From sequence record OQ674104.1: a stretch of 32,000 nucleotides of DNA; one strand, written 5' to 3'. Below are positions 23,935 through 32,000 of this stretch, piece after piece (the first letter of the stretch is position 1; each line of letters starts with the position of its first letter). This DNA comes from Salmonella phage KKP_3822. The notes under the pieces were generated by a model that made no database searches, had not been told where the DNA came from, and worked only from the letters and a program-made list of their open reading frames with translations. The position numbers and the translations under genes were made by a program.

Positions 23935-26900
23935 ATGACTGATAAGCTAATACGAGAACTACTTATAGATGTAAAGCAGAAAGGGGCAACCCGTACTGCA
24001 AAATCTATTGAGAACGTTTCCGATGCGTTAGAAAATGCTGCTGCCGCTTCCGAACTGACTAATGAGCAGTTAGGAAAAATGCCCAAAACTCTTTACTCCA
24101 TTGAGAGGGCAGCGGATAGAGCAGCTAAAAGTCTAACTAAAATGCAGGCTAGCAGAGGTATGATGGGTATCACCAAATCTATAGATAGTATTGGTGCTAA
24201 GTTAGATGACCTTGCTATTGCTATGATTGAGGTATCCGATAAGCTAGAGTCTGGATTTACACATGTTGGTAAATCTGTTAAGGCGATGGGTAACGATGTA
24301 GCTGCTGCAACTGAAAAAGTTCAAGATAGATTATACGATACAAACCGTGCTTTTGTCGAGTACTACTAGAGGCTTCAATGATACTACCACATCCGCAGGT
24401 CGTGCTAGTCGTGCTCTTGGTAATACTTCTGGTTCTGCACGTGGTGCTACTCGTGACTTCGCAGCAATGGCTAAAGTTGGTGGTTCTCTACCTCTTATGT
24501 ATGCTGCTATCGCATCTAACGTGTTCGTTCTACAATCTGCATTCGAACAACTTAAGATGGGTGACCAGTTAAACCGTCTGGAGAAGTTCGGTACTATTGT
24601 TGGTACTCAAACAGGTACTCCTGTACAAACTCTAGCTAGATCTCTACAAGAGGCTGCTGGTTATGCAATCTCCTTCGAAGAAGCAATGAGACAGGCATCC
24701 TCTGCTTCTGCATATGGATTCGATGCTGAACAACTTAATAAATTTGGTCTAGTAGCTCGTCGTGCTGCTGCTGTTCTTGGTGTTGATATGACTGATGCAC
24801 TTAACCGTGTAATCAAGGGCGTATCTAAACAAGAAATCGAACTTCTGGACGAACTTGGTGTTACTATTCGTCTTAACGATGCTTACGCAGACTACGTTAA
24901 ACAGTTAAATGCTGCTAACACAGGTATTACATATAACGTTAATAGTCTCTCTACTTTCCAGAAGCAACAAGCATATGCTAACGCAGTTATCGCTGAATCT
25001 ACTAAACGTTTCGGCTATCTTGATGATGTACTTCGTGCAACCCCCTGGGAACAGTTTGCTGCTAATGCTGATGCTGCACTGAGAAAGGTTCAACAGGCTG
25101 CTGCTAAGTATTTAGGGCCAGTAATTGATTCTATCAACGCAGTGTTCTATACTTCTCAAGCATCTATCTCGGCCTCTGCTGCTAGAGCACAGGAAGAAAC
25201 TAACCGCCAGATTGACCCAGCTAACGTTGGTGCTGTAGCTTTAAGTCTTTCCGCTTCTGAGGAAGGATATAATAAAGCTCTTGATATGTACAAAGAATCT
25301 CTAGAAAAGCGTAATAAGTTAAAAGCTGATCTAGATAAGCGTATGCAGCAAGCAGATGCATCTACAGCAGGGGCTATTCGTTTAGTTGCTCAAGGTGCAC
25401 CGGTAGGGTTAGCTGCAGGAGGTTTTGAAGTAGGAGGAGTTCGCATAGGATCTTCTGAAGAAAACCAGAAATTCATTGCAGATACTGCTGCATTAGCTCT
25501 CCAGGTAGAGCGTCTTGATAAGGAAGTAGAGGATTCAACTGGCAATCTTAATGCATGGAAATCGGCATACCAAGCTGCTGGTGCTGCGGCTGCTAAGGCT
25601 AACCCAGAATTCCAGAAGCAGATTAATCTGCAGAAGGATATGAATGACCCTGATGCGGTTTATGACTTTAACTCTGCAACCCTGAAAGGACTGACAGAAC
25701 AGCAGAAAGCATATGATCAGGCTAAGAAAACTGCTAGTGATTTAGCTAACGATATCCAGAACATCGCTCAGAACACTAACACTGCGGCTAAAACTAGTGC
25801 ATCCCTATCAGATACGATTAAGACTATTGAGTCTTTATCTGCTGGTACTGGTAAAAATGCTGATGAGTATGTTAAGAGCCTGAACTTAGGGTATAATACT
25901 CTTAGTGAGATGAAGACTGCTTCACAAGCTCTTGCTGGTTACGTAAAATTAACTGGTAATGAGACTAAGAATCAGTTAGAAGTTCAGCAGAAAATTGCAG
26001 AAGTATACAACCAGACTAAGGACAAAGAGAAAGCACAGGAAGCTGGTAGACGTCTGGAAATCCAACAGTTAGAAGAACAGGAAGCAGCTCTTAAGCGTGT
26101 CCTAGAAACTAACAAGGGTAACAAAGCAATCGAAGGTGAGATAGCTAAGATTCAGTTAGAACGTATCAAGATCACTAACCAGGGTATGGAAGCTCAGAAG
26201 AAGGTTAAGGACTATACTGATAAGATTCTTGGTGTTGATCGTGAAATCGCTCTCCTGAATAACCGTACTATGACAGATACTCAGTATCGTTTAGCTCAGT
26301 TGAACCTTGAACTGACTGTCGAGAAAGAGAAGTACGCATGGTATACTACTAAACAGGCTGATAAGCAGAAAGAAGCAGAACAGTCAAGACGTGCTCAGGC
26401 ACAGATTGAACGTGAAATCTGGAAGTTCCGTCAGGATCAGCAGGTGGAAATGGCTTCTGGACGTGAAAGAGCTCTTAATATTTCACAGACTAGCAGAAAC
26501 GTTACGGGGGAATCTCAGAGACTAACCGAACAGCAAGCTCTGTACCAAAGTTTACTGGAAATTACAAAAGGAAATGCACAAGCTCAGGAAGAGTATAAGC
26601 GTAAAATCCAAGAAACTTCGGCAGCTCTAGCACAGCTTAAGATGCAACGTGATGCTCAGATGCAGCAGCAAGTCACTTCTTCTGTTGGTGGTGTTTACAC
26701 TCCAACAACTGGACTGGAAGGAGATGATAAAGCAAATATGGATATGCAGAATAGAATGGCATCCTATGACCAGGCTATTTCTAAGCTGTCTGAACTGAAC
26801 TCCGAAGCAACTGCTGTAGCACAAAGCATGGGTAACCTAACTAATGCTATGATCCAGTTTTCACAAGGATCTCTGGATACCACTTCTCTAGTAGCGGCTG

Positions 26901-27646
26901 GTATGCAAACTGTATCTTCAATGATTCAGTATAGTGTTGGTCAACAGGTAAGTGCTATTGATGCAGCTATTGCAGCAGAACAGAAACGTGATGGTAAATC
27001 TGAGCAATCTAAAGCTAAGATCAAGAAGTTAGAGGCTGAAAAGCTCAAGATCCAGCAAGATGCGGCTAAGAAGCAAATCATTATCCAGACGGCAGTAGCG
27101 GTGATGCAGGCAGCAACAGCTGTTCCGTATCCATTCTCTATTCCTCTGATGGTTGCGGCTGGTTTAGCAGGTGCTATGGCTCTTGCTCAAGCATCCTCTG
27201 CATCTGGTATGTCTTCTATTGGGGACTCTGGTGCTGAGACAGCTGGTTACTTAACTCTTGGAGAGCGCCAGAAGAACGTAGACGTTTCTATGTCGGCTAA
27301 CGCAGGAGAACTTTCTTATATTCGAGGGGATCAAGGGATTGGTAATGCTAACTCTTTCGTACCTCGTGCAGAAGGTGGTAATATGTATCCTGGAGTTAGT
27401 TACCAGATGGGTGAGCATGGTACCGAAGTAATCACTCCTATGGTTCCGATGAAGGCTACTCCTACTGATGAACTCAAAGGATCTTCAAAGGGTACATCTG
27501 GTAGACCTATTGTGCTGAACATCAGTACGATGGATGCGGCTAGCTTCCGAGACTTTGCTTCGAGCAACAGTGCTGCTTTCAGGGATGCCGTGGAACAGGC
27601 TCTTAATGAGAATGGAACCACCCTGAAATCACTTGGTAATTCTTAA
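23935..27646 (+). CDS. Tail tape measure protein (T5 pb2-like), split by one frame change near 24361-24367
   Basis: 23935-24369 ends ...DTNRAFVEYY*; frame +1 gives TRGFNDTTTSAGRASRALG.... About 1,236 aa, coiled-coil and hydrophobic segments. Confidence 0.9.
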
Positions 27647-27653
27647 TACTGGA

Positions 27654-27675
27654 GGAGGACTTTATGTCCTCCTTT
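27654..27675 (+). terminator. Rho-independent terminator after the tape measure gene
   Basis: GGAGGAC-TTTAT-GTCCTCC-TTTTC. Confidence 0.85.
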
Positions 27676-27699
27676 TCTTTATGGAAAAATAAAAATTTC

Positions 27700-27728
27700 T
27701 TGATAAAATTTTCCAATCCTATTATAAT
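27700..27728 (+). promoter_or_regulatory. Strong sigma70-like promoter TTGATA-17 bp-TATAAT
   Basis: Perfect TATAAT at 27723-27728, between a terminator and the distal tail gene. Confidence 0.8.
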
Positions 27729-27754
27729 ATTGTTATTAAGAGGAGAAATTAACT

Positions 27755-28369
27755 ATGAGACTACCAGACCCATACACGAACCCAGAGCTATCAGGGTTAG
27801 GTTTTGAAAGCGTTAACTTAGTAGACAATGACCCTATGATTCGTGATGAATTACCTAATGGTAAAGTTAGGGAGGTTAAGGTGTCTGCTCAATATTGGGG
27901 TATTAATATCTCTTATCCAGAATTATTCCCAGATGAATTTGCTAAATTAGACTCATTCATTCTAGATTATAAAAGAACAGGTAGCTATATTGATGTGTTA
28001 TTACCACAATATGAAGCCTTCCGAGTTCGTGGTGATACTAGTGCTGTAAATATTCCTGCTGGACAAAAAGGTTCAACAGTTATTATGGACACTAAAGGTA
28101 CACTTCGTGGACTGCCTAAACCAGGCGATTTATTTAAGTTGTCCAATCATCCAAAAGTGTATAAAATCACTTCTATCAACACAGCAGGAAATACTTGGAA
28201 TATAAGTGTTTATCCTGATCTATTCATTACTACTACGGGTAGTGAGAAACCGGTATTTAATGGTATTCTGTTTAGAACTAAATTAATGAACGGAGACAGT
28301 TTTGGCTCTACGTTAAATAGTAATGGTACATATACTGGTATTTCACTTTCCTTGAGGGAAAGTCTATGA
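27755..28369 (+). CDS. Distal tail protein (T5 pb9-like)
   Basis: 204 aa; AGAGGAGA SD; located after the tape measure gene. Confidence 0.85.
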   Translation: MRLPDPYTNPELSGLGFESVNLVDNDPMIRDELPNGKVREVKVSAQYWGINISYPELFPDEFAKLDSFILDYKRTGSYIDVLLPQYEAFRVRGDTSAVNIPAGQKGSTVIMDTKGTLRGLPKPGDLFKLSNHPKVYKITSINTAGNTWNISVYPDLFITTTGSEKPVFNGILFRTKLMNGDSFGSTLNSNGTYTGISLSLRESL

Positions 28370-31215
28370 AGAAAATTCTTGACAGTGCAAGAGAGTATTT
28401 AAGAACCAATAATAAAATAAAAACTGCATGCCTTATTACTCTTGAATTGCCAAGCTCTACCGGATCAAGTTCTGCGTACATTTATCTTACAGACTATTTT
28501 AGGGATGTAATTTATAATGGTATTCTTTACACATCTGGTAAAGTTAAGTCTATAACAACACATAAACAAAATAGAAAACTTTCCATTGGTAGCCTTTCTT
28601 TTACTATCACAGGTACTGCTGAAGATGAAGTATTAAAACTAGTCCAAAATGGTGTATCCTTCCTAGATAGATCCATCTCAATCCATCAAGCGGTTATTGA
28701 TGAAGAAGGTAACATTCTTCCTGTAGATCCAGACACTAATGGTCCTTTACTTTACTTCCGTGGTAAAATCACTGGTGGTGGTATTAAGGATAACATTGGT
28801 ACTTCTGGAGTTAGTACATCTGTTATTACATGGAACTGTTCAAACCAATTCTATGACTTTGATAGAGTAAACGGACGTTTCACAGATGATGCTGACCATA
28901 GGGGACTTGAGATTGTTGCTGGCCAATTAGTTCCCTCTAATGGTGCTAAGCGACCTGAGTATCAAGAGGACTACGGATTCTTCCACGCTAATAAAAGTAT
29001 TTCTATTCTCGCTAAGTATCAGGTTCAGGAAGAACGTTACAAGTTACAGTCTAAGAAAAAGTTATTTGGTCTTTCTAGAAGCTATAGCCTAAAGAAATAC
29101 TATGAGACTGTAACTAAGGAAGTCGATCTTGATTTTAACTTAGCAGCTAAATTCCTTCCAGTAGTATACGGAGTTCAGAAAATTCCTGGAATCCCAGTAT
29201 TTGCAGATACTGAACTGCATAACCCTAATATCGTATATGTAGTGTACGCCTTCTGTGAGGGTGAGATTGATGGATTCCTAGATTTCTACTTTGGTGATGT
29301 ACCAATGATCTGTATTGATCCTAATGATAGTAAGTCTCGTACTTGCTTTGGTACTAAGAAAGTAGCTGGTGATACCATGCAACGTATTGCTTCTGGTCAA
29401 CCAAGCTCTGAACCTTCTATTCATGGGCAGGAATATAAGTATAATGATGGTAATGGTGATATCCGTATCTGGACTTATCATGGTAAGGCTGATCAATCTG
29501 CTGCTGATGTTCTAGTTAACATTGCAAAAGAGAAAGGTTTCTATTTACAGAACATGAATGAGAATGGACCGGAATACTGGGACTCTCGTTATAAACTGTT
29601 AGATACTGCTTATGCTATAGTTCGCTTTACTATTAATGAAAACAGAACAGAAATTCCAGAAGTTAGTGCAGAAGTTCAAGGTAAGAAGATTAAGATCTAT
29701 CATTCAGATGGTAGAGTAACTGCTGATAAGACTAGCTTAAATGGTATCTGGCAAACTCTGGACTACCTAACCTCTGATCGCTATGGTGCTAATATCACTA
29801 TCGATCAGTTCCCTCTCCAGCAACTTATTCAAGAAGCCGCTATTCTGGATATCATTGATGAATCCTATCAGGTTTCTTGGCAACCCTATTGGAGATACGT
29901 TGGATGGACTGATGCTGTAGGAGATAATAGACAAATAGTCCAAATGAACACTATTCTGGATACCTCTGAGTCAGTATTTAAAAATGTTCAGGGATTAATA
30001 GAGTCTTACGGTGGTGCTATCAACAACTTATCTGGACAGTATAGGATAACTGTTGAGAAGTTCTCAAATACTCCACTAGAGATTGACTTCTTAGATACCT
30101 ACGGTGATCTGGAGCTGTCAGATACTACGGGCAGAAATAAGTTCAACTCAGTACAAGCCTCCATATTAGACCCTGCATTAAGCTGGAAAACTAACTCCAT
30201 TACATTCTTTAACTCTATATTTAAAGAACAAGATAAAGGATTAGATAAAAAACTTCAGCTTTCTTTTGCAAACATCACTAACTATTATACTGCACGTAGC
30301 TTTGCAGATAGAGAACTGAAAAAATCTCGTTACTCACGAACTCTCACCTTCTCATTACCATATCATTTCATAGGTATTGAGCCTAACGATCCAGTTGCTT
30401 TTACATATGGTCGTTATGGTTGGGATAAGAAATACTTCCTAGTTGATGAAGTTGAAAACTCTAGAGAAGGTAAGATTAATATTACACTGCAAGAGTATGG
30501 TGAGGATGTATTCATTAACTCCGAGCAGGTTGATAATAGTGGTAACGATATCCCTGATGTTAGTAATAACGTACTGCCTCCTAGAGACTTTATGTACATA
30601 CCAACACCGGGTGGACAAGTAGGATCTATTGGTAAGAATGGTGAGCTATCTTGGCTTCCTAGCTTAACTAATAACGTTGTTTATTACTCCATCGTTCATT
30701 CTGGACATGCTGATCCTTATATCGTACAGCAACTAGAAACTAATCCAAATCTACGAATGATCCAAGAAATTATTGGAGAACCTGCTGGTTTAGCAGTCTT
30801 TGAGATTAGAGCTGTAGATATTAATGGTAGACGAAGTTCTCCTGTAACACTATCGGTAGAACTTAACTCTGCTAAAAACTTAAGCGTCGTTAGTAATTTC
30901 AGGGTTACTAACACAGCTTCAGGAGATGCATCGGAATTTGTAGGACCAGACGTTAAGTTGGCCTGGGATAGAATTCCAGAAGAAGATATCATTGATGGAA
31001 TCTTCTACACTCTCGAAATCTACGATAACCTAGATCGTTTATTAAGAAGTGTACGAATTGAAGATCAGTATGTCTACGATTATCTACTGATATACAATAA
31101 GGCAGACTATGCTCTTCATAACGAGGATGCTCTAGGTATTAATAGGAAGTTACGCTTCCGTATAAGAGCAGAAGGTGATAATGGCGAGCAATCTGTGGAT
31201 TGGGCATCTATTTAA
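28366..31215 (+). CDS. Baseplate hub / tail tip protein (T5 pb3-like)
   Basis: 949 aa, gp27/gpJ-type hub sequence with fibronectin-like C-terminus; T5 synteny. Confidence 0.9.
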   Translation: MKKILDSAREYLRTNNKIKTACLITLELPSSTGSSSAYIYLTDYFRDVIYNGILYTSGKVKSITTHKQNRKLSIGSLSFTITGTAEDEVLKLVQNGVSFLDRSISIHQAVIDEEGNILPVDPDTNGPLLYFRGKITGGGIKDNIGTSGVSTSVITWNCSNQFYDFDRVNGRFTDDADHRGLEIVAGQLVPSNGAKRPEYQEDYGFFHANKSISILAKYQVQEERYKLQSKKKLFGLSRSYSLKKYYETVTKEVDLDFNLAAKFLPVVYGVQKIPGIPVFADTELHNPNIVYVVYAFCEGEIDGFLDFYFGDVPMICIDPNDSKSRTCFGTKKVAGDTMQRIASGQPSSEPSIHGQEYKYNDGNGDIRIWTYHGKADQSAADVLVNIAKEKGFYLQNMNENGPEYWDSRYKLLDTAYAIVRFTINENRTEIPEVSAEVQGKKIKIYHSDGRVTADKTSLNGIWQTLDYLTSDRYGANITIDQFPLQQLIQEAAILDIIDESYQVSWQPYWRYVGWTDAVGDNRQIVQMNTILDTSESVFKNVQGLIESYGGAINNLSGQYRITVEKFSNTPLEIDFLDTYGDLELSDTTGRNKFNSVQASILDPALSWKTNSITFFNSIFKEQDKGLDKKLQLSFANITNYYTARSFADRELKKSRYSRTLTFSLPYHFIGIEPNDPVAFTYGRYGWDKKYFLVDEVENSREGKINITLQEYGEDVFINSEQVDNSGNDIPDVSNNVLPPRDFMYIPTPGGQVGSIGKNGELSWLPSLTNNVVYYSIVHSGHADPYIVQQLETNPNLRMIQEIIGEPAGLAVFEIRAVDINGRRSSPVTLSVELNSAKNLSVVSNFRVTNTASGDASEFVGPDVKLAWDRIPEEDIIDGIFYTLEIYDNLDRLLRSVRIEDQYVYDYLLIYNKADYALHNEDALGINRKLRFRIRAEGDNGEQSVDWASI

Positions 31216-32000
31216 ATGATTTCGAATAATGCACCAGCCAAGATGGTCTTAAATAGTATTATGACTGGATATACTATGGCGTATATCCAGCATTCTATCT
31301 ATACCGACTACGATGTTATCGGTAGATCATTCTGGCTTAAACTTGGCGAAGAAGTGGATAGAAGAGATTTCACTGGAATCGACACTTTCTTTGTTATGAT
31401 CAATAACTTAACTCCCTCAACTACCTATCAGGTTCAGGGAGCTTTTTATGACTCAATTATTGACTCAGAACTTTTAAATGCAAAAATTGGTATTAACCTC
31501 TCTAATGAAACTAACTTTAAAACAAAAGAGAAGCCAATAATTGTTACAGCAAGGTCTGAGTCAGAACCAGTGGATGTTGGGGTGGGCGCACCGATAGTTG
31601 TTGTGGAAACTACTGGTGAAGCAAGTTACTGTACTATTGAGTTAAAAAGTACAGCCACGGAAGATAGTCCTTGGACTAAGTATTACATTGGGGCTTTAGG
31701 TTCTACTATTAAATTTGGTGGAGTTCCTATAGGAGATTATAAGATCAGAATATCTGGTCAAGTAACTATGCCTGATGGTGTTACAGTTGATTCTTCTGGT
31801 TACTATGAGTTCCCTAATATTCTAACTGTAGCTTATAATTTTGTTCCTCCTACTGCACCTATCGATATTGTTTTTAAAGCTGCACGAATTGCTGATGGTA
31901 AAGAACGATATGATGTTAGAATTGAGTGGGATTGGGAACGCGGTGCTGGTGCTAACGTTCGTGAGTTCTTGGTTACTTATATAAATTCCGAGGAATACGC
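31216..32000 (+). CDS. Straight central fibre protein (T5 pb4-like), truncated by the window end
   Basis: ATG at 31216 (MISNNAPAKMVLNSIMTGYTMAYIQHSIYTDYDVIGRSFWLKLGEEVDRRDFTGIDTF...), open to the last base; absent from the ORF track because it runs off the edge. Confidence 0.85.
   Translation, partial: MISNNAPAKMVLNSIMTGYTMAYIQHSIYTDYDVIGRSFWLKLGEEVDRRDFTGIDTFFVMINNLTPSTTYQVQGAFYDSIIDSELLNAKIGINLSNETNFKTKEKPIIVTARSESEPVDVGVGAPIVVVETTGEASYCTIELKSTATEDSPWTKYYIGALGSTIKFGGVPIGDYKIRISGQVTMPDGVTVDSSGYYEFPNILTVAYNFVPPTAPIDIVFKAARIADGKERYDVRIEWDWERGAGANVREFLVTYINSEEY

Noticed and set aside
23935-24369. Separate 144-aa gene before the tape measure gene
   Set aside because: Its sequence continues directly into the next frame as one tape measure protein; no new start signal at 24347.

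Overview
This window reads as a T5-like siphophage (Demerecviridae type). My basis is direct reading of motifs and translations plus recall of T5 proteins; no database search was run. From left to right: (1) 0-9.3 kb is a pre-early, terminal-repeat-like block. It holds many small minus-strand ORFs (0.3-3.4 kb), a non-coding, repeat-rich, DnaA-box-rich stretch (3.4-4.7 kb), and plus-strand A2, A1 (metallophosphoesterase motifs) and dmp (HAD 5'-nucleotidase). (2) 9.4-10.9 kb is a minus-strand cluster of tiny membrane-protein ORFs and a lipoprotein-like ORF (Llp-like). (3) 10.95-12.75 kb is a receptor-binding-protein gene (oad/pb5-like) that is extensively frame-broken. (4) 12.76-32 kb is the morphogenesis module: TerS, TerL, HNH, portal, Ig-decoration protein, protease, major capsid protein, connector and tail-completion genes, tail tube, tail chaperones, tape measure, distal tail, baseplate hub, and a pb4-like fibre running off the end. 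A main result is that many genes are split by single-nucleotide frame changes, mostly in the +1 direction and densest at 9.9-12.6 kb, so several track ORFs are fragments. Other leads are a 37/38-match inverted repeat flanking a 69-aa ORF, a long degenerate inverted repeat carrying DnaA boxes at 46-185 and 3630-3760, a recurring AGCGGGGAAtATTCCCCGCT palindrome after stop codons, repeated terminator/start-codon modules in the late region, and a probable +1/-2 programmed frameshift in the tail chaperone genes. I found no convincing defence system, CRISPR array or tRNA.
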